Notes: a model not told the origin generated them from the sequence alone. A stretch of DNA of 64,000 bases from an uncultured Pelagibacteraceae bacterium (GCA_902530885.1 CACABZ010000002.1:2692-66691), one strand, 5' to 3'. Shown: positions 9,099 through 16,750, numbered from the stretch's first letter. Made by a program: numbers and translations.

Positions 9099-9879
9099 AT
9101 GAACTTTTTATTTGTTGCTGTAATCTCAGTTATTTTAGCAACTGGAGTTTTCAATACTGAGTCAAAAGATAGTGAAGGAAATAAAAAAACAGAAATAATA
9201 GTAAAGGAATCTTCAGAAACAAAACCAACTGAAGAAAAGGATATAGCAGAAGCACAAGCTCAAGCGGAAGCGGAAGCTAAAGCAGCAGCAGAAGCACAAG
9301 CTCAAGCGGAAGCTAAAGCAGCAGCAGAAGCACAAGCTGCAGCAGAAGCGAAGGCTCAAGCGGAAGCTGAAGCAGCAGCAGAAGCACAAGCTGCAGCGGA
9401 GGCGAAGGCTCAAGAGGAAGCTAAGGCACAGGAAGCAAGTAAAGAAATAGACAGTTCGAAAGACTCGGGAATAAATTATTTGAGGTTAGCTCTGTATATA
9501 TTTGGTTCAATATTAGTTATTTCGATAGGTACTTATTTTTATTTTAGACAACGAGATAATTTGTCATCAAGAAGCGTAACCAGAACACCTGATAGTCCTA
9601 GACGAGATTTTAGAAGAGAAGTCGTAGTTGAACCTAAAGAAGAACAGCCAATCGAAGAGGAAGTTCAATCCGAAACTCAAGAAGAACAGCCAAGAGAAGA
9701 GGAAGTTAAATCCGAAACTCAAGAAGAAGCCAAGAGAAGAGGAAGTTAAATCCGAAACTCAAGAAGAACAGCCAAGAGAAGAGGAAGTTAAATCCGAAAC
9801 TCAAGAAGAACAGCCAAGAGAAGAGGAAGTTAAATCCGAAACTCAAGAAGAACAGCCGCCAGAAGATGAAAAAAAATAA
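9099..9879 (+). CDS. Low-complexity membrane protein with Ala/Glu/Gln repeats, a TM helix and 14-aa acidic repeats; apparent frameshift near 9728
   Basis: ORFs 9099-9749 and 9628-9879 join if a 2-bp deletion in the third 42-bp repeat unit is repaired. Confidence 0.7.
9247..9435 (+). repeat. Imperfect coding repeats (AEAQAQAEAKAA-type)
   Basis: Recurrent GCAGAAGCACAAGCT and CAAGCGGAAGCTAAAGCA units. Confidence 0.85.
9639..9860 (+). repeat. 42-bp coding tandem repeat, 5 units plus a partial (EEQPREEEVKSETQ)
   Basis: Units start at 9639, 9681, 9723 (40 bp), 9763, 9805, 9847 (partial). Confidence 0.92.
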
Positions 9880-9912
9880 AAAAACCTTTAAAATATAAAT
9901 AAGGAGGTAAAT

Positions 9913-10227
9913 ATGGGAATATTAGTCAAAGGTGAAATTACAATCACCAAAGGATTTAAAACCTGGAAAGAGATGGTTTATGCTCAGGACGAAAAATTAA
10001 AAGAACATGGAATAAAGTTTATTTTTGCAGGCACACAGAAAGATGATCCATCAAAACTACATACAGTAATGCAATTTCCAAACATGGAAGCACTCCAAGC
10101 TTTTAAGGATGATAAGGAACTTACTGAGAAAAGAAAGGAAGCTGGAGCTGTTATAGAAACTGCTGTAATGACTCCAATTTCAGATGAACATCTTGCTAAC
10201 TATCCAGATGCATATATTAAAAATTAA
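9913..10227 (+). CDS. Hypothetical protein, probable dimeric alpha/beta-barrel (DUF3764-like)
   Basis: SD AAGGAGG; F.TWK..., DDPSKL, F..D.EL...RKEAG pattern. Confidence 0.7.
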   Translation: MGILVKGEITITKGFKTWKEMVYAQDEKLKEHGIKFIFAGTQKDDPSKLHTVMQFPNMEALQAFKDDKELTEKRKEAGAVIETAVMTPISDEHLANYPDAYIKN

Positions 10228-10329
10228 ATGAAAAAAAAAGATCCTAAAAATGATAAATTGTTTATGTGGGGGACGGCTATATTTTTCTTAGTATTTTTTG
10301 CATGCATTAAAGTACTAATATCACAATAA
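10228..10329 (+). CDS. Putative 33-aa single-TM protein (MKKKDPKNDKLFMWGTAIFFLVFFACIKVLISQ)
   Basis: Starts right after the upstream stop and ends 5 nt before repeat copy 4. Confidence 0.5.
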   Translation: MKKKDPKNDKLFMWGTAIFFLVFFACIKVLISQ

Positions 10330-10334
10330 AGTAG

Positions 10335-10357
10335 GGAGCGTTCTGTTGCCAGGTGCC
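10335..10357 (-). repeat. tmRNA 3'-hairpin copy 4
   Basis: GGAGCGTTCTGTTGCCAGGTGCC, 22/23 to the tmRNA copy. Confidence 0.93.
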
Positions 10358-10380
10358 TTTAATATTAGTAAATATATTGA

Positions 10381-10743
10381 ATGTACGAATTATTTGCAAA
10401 ACTTACTTTAATTATACATTTAATTTTTATCTTATTTGTTATTTTTGGTGGATTGCTTTTTTTTATTTTTTCAAAAATCATCTATATTCACCTCCCAGCC
10501 GTATTATGGGGAATTTATATAGAACTAAATAATTCTATTTGTCCATTAACTTATCTTGAAAATTGGTTTTTGCACAAAGGAGAGTTAACAACCTATTCTA
10601 ATGATTTTATTAACAACTACCTTTTTCCAATAATTTATCCTGAGGGGCTAACTAATGAAATTCAAATATATCTTGGTATATCGCTGATAGTTATTAATAT
10701 TTTAATTTACGGGTTAATTTATAAAAATTTTAGGAATTTTTAA
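10381..10743 (+). CDS. DUF2784-family membrane protein
   Basis: HLIFILFVIFGG, HLPAVLWG, ICPLTYLEN, PIIYPEGLT. Confidence 0.85.
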   Translation: MYELFAKLTLIIHLIFILFVIFGGLLFFIFSKIIYIHLPAVLWGIYIELNNSICPLTYLENWFLHKGELTTYSNDFINNYLFPIIYPEGLTNEIQIYLGISLIVINILIYGLIYKNFRNF

Positions 10744-11076
10744 ATGAAAAATATCGAAAATTTATTTGTCTACGGAACTCTTCAAAAAGGGAAGCAGCAC
10801 CAAAGTATTTTAGGAAAAATTAAAGGCAAATGGAAAAAAGGATATGTGAACGGGAAGCTTTATAACATAAGCTCGGGCCCAGATTATGGATATCCAGGTC
10901 TTAAGCTTGATCCAAAAGGATTAAAAATTTATGGTATGATTTTTCAGTCAAAAGATCTTGAAAATTATATAAAAAAAATTGATGAATTTGAGGGTAATAA
11001 CTATAAAAGAGTTATCTCAAGAGTATTTTTAGAGAATGGTTCTATAATTAATTCATATTTATACGAAATAAAATGA
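10744..11076 (+). CDS. Gamma-glutamylcyclotransferase (AIG2-like) family protein
   Basis: LFVYGTLQ, GYPGL, DEFEG..YKR. Confidence 0.88.
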   Translation: MKNIENLFVYGTLQKGKQHQSILGKIKGKWKKGYVNGKLYNISSGPDYGYPGLKLDPKGLKIYGMIFQSKDLENYIKKIDEFEGNNYKRVISRVFLENGSIINSYLYEIK

Positions 11077-11195
11077 AAAATTTTTTTAGCAATAGTAATT
11101 TTAGGTCTATTAATTTTAAGTGATCACTATCCGATAATTGCTGAATTTGACTCATTAGATTGAAAATTAAAAATAACGAAGGTATAATACTAATT

Positions 11196-11483
11196 ATGAA
11201 ATCGATGATTAAAACTCTACAACTAATTTTAGTTTTAGGATTAATAACTTCTTGTGCAAGCTATAAACCAATAGTCGATACAGCAGGTAGATCAGGTACA
11301 TTTGATGAAGATAAAGCAAAAGAAATAAGCAACGATCTTCAACATTGCAAACAATTAGCTAAAGATAACACAAGTGTTATGAGCAATATAAGTTTTTGGT
11401 TTCTTTCACCAACTGCTCAAACTCAATATGAAGATATTTATAGAAAATGCATGATTAATCGGGGTCATAGTGTTCTTAATTAA
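11196..11483 (+). CDS. Hypothetical lipoprotein
   Basis: LITSC lipobox, YKPIVD, CMINRGHSVL; ATG at 11196 preferred over the TTG at 11160. Confidence 0.75.
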   Translation: MKSMIKTLQLILVLGLITSCASYKPIVDTAGRSGTFDEDKAKEISNDLQHCKQLAKDNTSVMSNISFWFLSPTAQTQYEDIYRKCMINRGHSVLN

Positions 11484-11517
11484 ACACAAAGATTTGGTGT
11501 TGACCTAGGGCAATTTT

Positions 11518-12021
11518 ATGGAAATTGGGGTTTTAGGCGAACTACAAGTAATAGACTATTTAGAAAAAAAATTAAAACTTGAAAATTACCTTCCTATGAA
11601 AGATAGAGGAATTGATTTTATTTCAATAAGAAAAGATAAATTTTATAAAGTACAAGTTAAAACATCAAAATTTCAAAAAAATTCTTATTTTTGGTTTGAT
11701 ACAGTTTTAGATAAAATGATATTTTCTAATAATACAGTTTATATTTTTAACTGTTTTGTAAATGAGAGAAGAACTTTTATGGGAAAAAATAGAAATTTTT
11801 TAATTATACCTTCTCGAACAATAAAAAGTTGGATAGATAAAAAAAAACTACACATTACAAAAAAGAAAAAGTCATCTAATGAAAAAACTGATGTAATTAG
11901 ATGGTTTATTTACCCTGACTTTAAAAATAAAAAATGGATTTATAAAGGTAATTCAAAAGTCGAGGAGAAATTAATCGATCTTACTAATTTTTGGAACAAT
12001 CAAAGTTTTTTTAAGATTTAA
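11518..12021 (+). CDS. PD-(D/E)XK restriction-endonuclease-fold protein
   Basis: G..GE helix, D.GIDF, VQVKTS catalytic pattern. Confidence 0.72.
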   Translation: MEIGVLGELQVIDYLEKKLKLENYLPMKDRGIDFISIRKDKFYKVQVKTSKFQKNSYFWFDTVLDKMIFSNNTVYIFNCFVNERRTFMGKNRNFLIIPSRTIKSWIDKKKLHITKKKKSSNEKTDVIRWFIYPDFKNKKWIYKGNSKVEEKLIDLTNFWNNQSFFKI

Positions 12022-12039
12022 ACTTATTTTATAATAGAA

Positions 12040-12060
12040 AGCGTTCTGTTGCTAGGTGCT
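12040..12060 (-). repeat. tmRNA 3'-hairpin copy 5
   Basis: AGCGTTCTGTTGCTAGGTGCT; core 18/19 to tmRNA, with a terminal A/T pair. Confidence 0.88.
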
Positions 12061-12110
12061 ACGGACCCAAGATATTATGTTTGAGTTAAATTAATTTAAG
12101 CACAAATTTT

Positions 12111-12650
12111 TTAATTAAATTTTCCTCGATAATAAGTGTGAGGGTTAACCTTTCTACCTTTTTTACCACGTGAAGAATCATAACAGAAACCAGTATCTTT
12201 TCCGATATATTCATATACTACACGTGCGCTATCTACTGTAAATTCACAAACCCAAACATCAGGATTATTTTTATAAGTCCAATAATTTGTAAATTTTTTT
12301 TTGGAGTCCAAATTCTGATTTGAATTAGAGATCTTTCCACCAAGAAAAAAATTAGTTATTCCAAGGGGAATGATTACCAAAACAACTAAAGATTTTAGTA
12401 AATGTGTAAACTTAGATCCACCATTTATAATTGTTTTATTATTATGAATTATAAAGCATACTAGAGATGCATACACCAAATAAATTATTGTACCGATAAT
12501 TTTTCCTTCAGATAAAAGAGCTAATGGTATTAAAGCAAAAATAAATAGGCCAAGTAAAATAAGCCATTTATCTGATTGGCTTTCTTCTTTATGAGAAAAG
12601 CTTTTTAGAAAACTTTTATGATTAAAGCCTTTGAGACCTAAATTTTTCAT
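12111..12650 (-). CDS. Hypothetical membrane protein (3 TM plus soluble C-terminal domain)
   Basis: 179-aa ORF, only gene between copies 5 and 6. Confidence 0.7.
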   Translation of the reverse strand: MKNLGLKGFNHKSFLKSFSHKEESQSDKWLILLGLFIFALIPLALLSEGKIIGTIIYLVYASLVCFIIHNNKTIINGGSKFTHLLKSLVVLVIIPLGITNFFLGGKISNSNQNLDSKKKFTNYWTYKNNPDVWVCEFTVDSARVVYEYIGKDTGFCYDSSRGKKGRKVNPHTYYRGKFN

Positions 12651-12721
12651 AACACAATTATATATTTTGCTCTATTTCTTGTCTACTGTACCTTAAAAAA
12701 AGTAAAACTGGAAATTTGTAA

Positions 12722-12741
12722 GGGGCGTTCTGTTGCCAGGT
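12722..12741 (-). repeat. tmRNA 3'-hairpin copy 6
   Basis: GGGGCGTTCTGTTGCCAGGT, 20/20. Confidence 0.95.
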
Positions 12742-12766
12742 ACATTATTTTTAAGTATATTTGATT

Positions 12767-12964
12767 ATGTTTTTTGGATGGCTTAAAGGTATATTTGCTA
12801 ATTTCTTAATTTGGCTGGGATTAACATGCATTGTTTATGGAATGTATTTATTTGGTGATGAAAGAAATGGAACAGTTTCACTAATAATTGGAGTTATTGC
12901 TGGTACTGCTGGCTCATATTTTAGATACGTATCGAAACAAACTGTTAGAACTACAAAAAAATAA
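12767..12964 (+). CDS. Small 2-TM hypothetical protein
   Basis: Two hydrophobic helices and a basic tail; only gene between copies 6 and 7; ATG at 12767 preferred. Confidence 0.7.
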   Translation: MFFGWLKGIFANFLIWLGLTCIVYGMYLFGDERNGTVSLIIGVIAGTAGSYFRYVSKQTVRTTKK

Positions 12965-12969
12965 ATTTT

Positions 12970-12993
12970 AGGGGCGTTCTGTTTCTCGTCCCT
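12970..12993 (-). repeat. tmRNA 3'-hairpin copy 7 (hybrid, att-like junction)
   Basis: AGGGGCGTTCTGTT is identical to 15497-15510, then diverges to TCTCGTCCCT while keeping dyad symmetry AGGGGCG/CGTCCCT. Confidence 0.85.
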
Positions 12994-13028
12994 TGATTAA
13001 TAATATACAGAATATAACACTTTTTCAA

Positions 13029-13097
13029 AAACTTCGTGTAAAACTTCGTGTAGTGTTTTGCTCATTTTGACGATTTCTTGACTTTAAACTTCGTGTA
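13029..13097. repeat. AAACTTCGTGTA x3 (left cluster)
   Basis: Copies at 13029, 13041 and 13086. Confidence 0.92.
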
Positions 13098-13107
13098 TTT
13101 CTATAAT
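13078..13107 (+). promoter_or_regulatory. Sigma70-type promoter TTGACT-N18-TATAAT
   Basis: Upstream of ATG 13120; spacer contains the third AAACTTCGTGTA repeat. Confidence 0.55.
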
Positions 13108-13119
13108 GTAAAAAAGAAT

Positions 13120-13827
13120 ATGCAGATTGATATCTACTATAATTTTTATACTGATACACCAAAAGGAAAAGATCCTGACACATATAGCGATACTTTAAGA
13201 AAGTATCATCAATTTCTCTGGAGTAAACCTTTGCCAAATGGAGTAGTTTTTAATTTAGACATAAAAAAAACCAAAGTATTGTGTCATAAATCAGAATTAG
13301 GAGAATTCTTATTATCAAGTGACTCAATTGCGCATGATTATAGTAAATGGAAAAGTACAGAAAATATTATTAAGCAAATTCCAAAAAATGAAATTGAAAC
13401 ATTCTTTAATCTTGGTTGTACTATTGGGGGATACATAATCTTTCCTTCTAATAGAATTAATAACCAAATGACAATTAATGGTTCTCGCGGAATTAATAAG
13501 AAAATTAAGGATAGATTTGATTTAACTCTTGAGTGTATAAGAAGATTTTATTTAAATGAAAACAGTCCACTGACTGAAACATTCAATAGATATAGAAATT
13601 TTTTCAAATTATTTGATAATTTTAAAGGGTATGTAGATTTCTTTTTTCTACAAGATTTAGTAAAAGAAAATCGTTCGTCGATAAATTATTTTCTACCATT
13701 TAATAATTTTAAAAATTCCCCTATTCCAAGTGATATAACTGAATATAAATTATATAGGAAAAATATGACTGAATTTATAAACAAAAGAAGTAAAAGAATG
13801 AAAGAGTATTCATTACAAAAACGATGA
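13120..13827 (+). CDS. Conserved hypothetical protein (DUF6994-like)
   Basis: DTPKGKDPD.YS.TLRKYHQFLWSKPLPNG, TIGGYIIFP, DRFDLTLECIRRFY; ATG at 13120 preferred. Confidence 0.7.
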   Translation: MQIDIYYNFYTDTPKGKDPDTYSDTLRKYHQFLWSKPLPNGVVFNLDIKKTKVLCHKSELGEFLLSSDSIAHDYSKWKSTENIIKQIPKNEIETFFNLGCTIGGYIIFPSNRINNQMTINGSRGINKKIKDRFDLTLECIRRFYLNENSPLTETFNRYRNFFKLFDNFKGYVDFFFLQDLVKENRSSINYFLPFNNFKNSPIPSDITEYKLYRKNMTEFINKRSKRMKEYSLQKR

Positions 13828-15077
13828 GAAATATATTTGATCAATACAATCAACCAGAAAATAAACTAACACATTCGTTAGTATCGTGTCTTTATGAGGA
13901 TAATCATTTATTAAATAGTTTTCTCAAAAGTTTTTACCCAAATTTTTTTGATCAAAATTCTAAACTTTCACTTGAACAGCAGACCATACCTGGTGAATTT
14001 CATTCTCTAGAAGAAGAAAATGAAAAAAAAGGTTTACCAGATGCTGTTATTTACAATCAAGAACAATGTTTGATTATTGAGAGCAAAGTATCTTCTACAC
14101 TTACAAAAGATCAACTGATTAGACATGAAAAAACTATTAGGCGAAGAGGTTTTAACAACATTAAAGGAATTAGTATAGTTATTGATTTATTGCCTAATGT
14201 AAGATTAGATAATTGGAAACAAATAACTTGGAATCAAGTTTATAGTTGGGCACATAAAGAAATTAAAAGATCTGAATGGGCGAGAAAATTAATTGATTAC
14301 TTTAATGTATTAGAAAATAATATGGTAGAGAGTGAATATTTAAAAGAAGGTTCAATAACTGAATTCACCGGTGTTCACTTTGATAATGATAATCCGTATT
14401 CATACAGAGAGGGAAAAAGACAATTAAAACTTCTCATGCATAAAATAAAAGAAAACCATAGTTTAAAAGATCAGTTAAATGTAGATATTACAAAAGGAAG
14501 AGGAGGAATAAAAAAAGAAGTTGTTCTTTGGGATTATTTGACATTCAACACAGGTGTTAAACAAAAGAATTTCACAGATGAACCGCACTTAACTGTCGGA
14601 ATGACTGATAAATTTATAGAGGCAACGTTTACTATTCCATATAGAATTAAAGGTAAAACAAAAAAAAATTTCTATAGTCTTTCATGGAAAAATTTCAGGA
14701 ATATAATTCATGAAATTGCTATAAACTATGATAATTATTTTGGAATAAGTGAGGGTTTTAAACCTCAAATTATTTTAGTTCAAAGAAGGTATCCAAGTCA
14801 AAGTTCTCCACCTATTCGTGATGCTAGATTAGATGTTGATTTAAGAACAGCATTTAAAGAAATATCTTCAAAATTAAAACCTACACAAAAACAACAAGAA
14901 GAATGGTTAAAACTAGTTTTTGATATCAATAATAATAAAAAATCAAATTTACAATTTCAAATAGGTGGTAGATTTTATTTTAATAAACACACTTTAGTAG
15001 ATGGCAAAGATGCAGACCAAGTTTTAGTGAAATCTTTCCTAGCATGTAAACCATTAATCAAACACTTATTTAAATAG
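13824..15077 (+). CDS. PD-(D/E)XK nuclease-domain protein with unknown C-terminal domain
   Basis: ENKLT helix, GLPDAVI, IIESKV, DQL.RH, ITW..V; ATGA-coupled to the upstream gene. Confidence 0.75.
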   Translation: MRNIFDQYNQPENKLTHSLVSCLYEDNHLLNSFLKSFYPNFFDQNSKLSLEQQTIPGEFHSLEEENEKKGLPDAVIYNQEQCLIIESKVSSTLTKDQLIRHEKTIRRRGFNNIKGISIVIDLLPNVRLDNWKQITWNQVYSWAHKEIKRSEWARKLIDYFNVLENNMVESEYLKEGSITEFTGVHFDNDNPYSYREGKRQLKLLMHKIKENHSLKDQLNVDITKGRGGIKKEVVLWDYLTFNTGVKQKNFTDEPHLTVGMTDKFIEATFTIPYRIKGKTKKNFYSLSWKNFRNIIHEIAINYDNYFGISEGFKPQIILVQRRYPSQSSPPIRDARLDVDLRTAFKEISSKLKPTQKQQEEWLKLVFDINNNKKSNLQFQIGGRFYFNKHTLVDGKDADQVLVKSFLACKPLIKHLFK

Positions 15078-15221
15078 ATTTAATTATAAAAATTGTTATA
15101 GACGCAAATGCGCGTATAACATCAATTTGATTTATAGACAAAAATTGATATTATCAACCTAGTCTTGATTTAGAAATAACTCTACTTGCTAAGACTTAAA
15201 ATAAAACGCTAAAGGAGAAAA

Positions 15222-15395
15222 ATGAAACTAAAAATACAATCACTAAAAAACTATTTTAAATCAAAAAAAGATAGAGGTTTAAAACCAATATTCTTTGAGA
15301 AAATAGGGGACTCAAACACACCACGAGAGCAAAGGTTAAAAAATTTGATCAAAGTGCTTGAATCTCAAGGTTTTAAAATAAAAAATAAAAAATAA
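15222..15395 (+). CDS. 57-aa basic hypothetical protein
   Basis: SD AAGGAG at 15212-15217; MKLKIQSLKNYFKSKKDRGLKPIFFEKIGDSNTPREQRLKNLIKVLESQGFKIKNKK. Confidence 0.6.
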   Translation: MKLKIQSLKNYFKSKKDRGLKPIFFEKIGDSNTPREQRLKNLIKVLESQGFKIKNKK

Positions 15396-15415
15396 GTGTG
15401 TAAATTTTTGATTTA

Positions 15416-15448
15416 AAACTTCGTGTAAACTTCGTGTAAAACTTCGTG
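15416..15448. repeat. AAACTTCGTG(TA) x3 (right cluster)
   Basis: Copies at 15416, 15427 and 15439, same orientation as the left cluster. Confidence 0.92.
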
Positions 15449-15495
15449 CTATTTCTAATTTGATATTTGAATTGGAATAACGGTTTCCGTTGGTT

Positions 15496-15756
15496 AAGGG
15501 GCGTTCTGTTGCCAGGTGCCCCAAACCCCGTTCACTTAATTAACAAGTTAATTAAGCAGCAAGTGCAAATTTATTATTTGCATTTATAATTAGCCCGTTA
15601 CGTCGGAACCATCTCGAACGAAAGAAAAACTTTTAGACATCCGTCGAGCCTAATTCACCCCCTCAAGTTGTAAATGGTGGAGGTGGTGGGTACTGCCCCC
15701 ACGTCCGCAATGTTTATTACGAGATTCGTTTATCGTCATAGTTGGAAAACCAACAT
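15496..15756 (-). ncRNA. ssrA: tmRNA, circularly permuted two-piece alphaproteobacterial type (outer ends approximate)
   Basis: Acceptor piece ends CACCTCCACCA at 15675; 12-nt intervening segment; coding piece starts GGGGGTG at 15662 (G3-U70 pair); tag ANNKFALAA* at 15581-15552; terminal CCTGGCAACAGAA hairpin. Confidence 0.95.
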
Positions 15757-15802
15757 TTATAATATAAAACTCTTTTTTAGAGATTCAATAACTTTATTCA
15801 AA

Positions 15803-16750
15803 ATGAAACTAACAAAAGAGCAAAAACAGGAAATAAATGACCAACAGTCTCAAAAAAATGACACTAAAAGAGTCACCTCATCTGAGTTAGAAAAAATTCT
15901 TTACGAAGCTTTACCTGTTTTAGATCACGGTTTTGTAAGAGTGGTTGATTATATGGGTGACGATACTTCAATTGTGCAATCCGCTAGAGTTTCATACGGG
16001 AAGGGAACAAAAAAAGTTTCAACAGATGAAGGTTTGATTAAATATTTAATGAGACACTGGCACTCAACACCTTTTGAAATGTGCGAGATAAAATATCATG
16101 TAAAACTTCCAATATTTATAGCAAGACAATGGATAAGACACAGAACAGCAAATGTTAATGAATATTCAGCTAGATATTCAATATTAGATAAAGAATTTTA
16201 CATACCTGCAAAAGAACAATTGTCTGCACAATCGACTTCAAATAGGCAAGGAAGGGGAGATTTAATTACTGGAAAGCAGGCGGATGAAGTTTTACAAATT
16301 TTAAAAGATGATGCTACTCGAACATATGACAACTATGAAAAAATGCTCAACGAAAGATTCGATGGGTCTACTATTGATGAAAGTAAAGCTGGACTAGCCA
16401 GAGAACTTGCCAGAATGAATTTAACATTAAATTCTTATACGCAATGGTATTGGAAAACTGATCTTTTAAATTTGTTAAACTTTTTATTTCTCAGAGCTGA
16501 TAGTCATGCGCAATACGAGATAAGAGTTTACGCAGAAGTTATGCTTGACACTGTTAAAAAATGGGTACCTATAACTCATTCTGCTTTTATGGATTATCGA
16601 GTTGGTGCAGTTCATGTTTCTGCAAAAGGCAAAAAGGTTATTCAAAAAATGGCAAAAGGAGAAAAAGTGTCTTTCGAAAGTTCTGGTCTTTCAAAAAGAG
16701 AATGGAACGAATTAATGACTTCTTTCGATTTTAATGAAAGGATTGTTTAA
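15803..16750 (+). CDS. thyX: FAD-dependent thymidylate synthase
   Basis: [20 protein letters not shown] motif; start corrected to ATG 15803 because the longer ORF overlaps tmRNA. Confidence 0.96.
   Translation: MKLTKEQKQEINDQQSQKNDTKRVTSSELEKILYEALPVLDHGFVRVVDYMGDDTSIVQSARVSYGKGTKKVSTDEGLIKYLMRHWHSTPFEMCEIKYHVKLPIFIARQWIRHRTANVNEYSARYSILDKEFYIPAKEQLSAQSTSNRQGRGDLITGKQADEVLQILKDDATRTYDNYEKMLNERFDGSTIDESKAGLARELARMNLTLNSYTQWYWKTDLLNLLNFLFLRADSHAQYEIRVYAEVMLDTVKKWVPITHSAFMDYRVGAVHVSAKGKKVIQKMAKGEKVSFESSGLSKREWNELMTSFDFNERIV

Larger units (their letters stand above)
12970..15510. mobile_element. 2.5-kb integrase-less island or remnant inserted at the tmRNA 3' hairpin
   Basis: 14-bp direct repeat at both ends, three AAACTTCGTG repeats inside each end, accessory cargo. 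Confidence 0.75.

Noticed and set aside
9639-9860. 42-bp repeats as CRISPR
   Set aside because: Head-to-tail with no unique spacers and in-frame coding.
11073-11158. Signal-peptide-like fragment after the GGCT gene
   Set aside because: Stops after 16 codons and reads as a signal peptide only with a frameshift; too short to call a pseudogene.
11494-11512. Possible eighth hairpin copy (TGGTGTTGACCTAGGGC)
   Set aside because: Needs several indels to align and lacks the GCGTTC core; cannot be distinguished from chance by eye.
15336-15524. 62-aa minus ORF, and 13025-13237, sharing RSFTRS
   Set aside because: The shared peptide is only a translation of the AAACTTCGTG DNA repeats; the ORFs overlap tmRNA or a real gene.
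7966-15529. Repeat series as a CRISPR array or classical integron
   Set aside because: Spacing is irregular (124-2527 bp) and contains genes; no cas or intI gene; repeats lack attC RYYYAAC/GTTRRRY ends and match tmRNA.
15662-15710. tRNA gene
   Set aside because: T-arm and CCA precede the 5' acceptor strand and a tag ORF follows, so this is permuted tmRNA.
15674-15802. N-terminal extension of thyX in the ORF track
   Set aside because: It is the antisense of the tmRNA acceptor piece; ATG 15803 is the plausible start.
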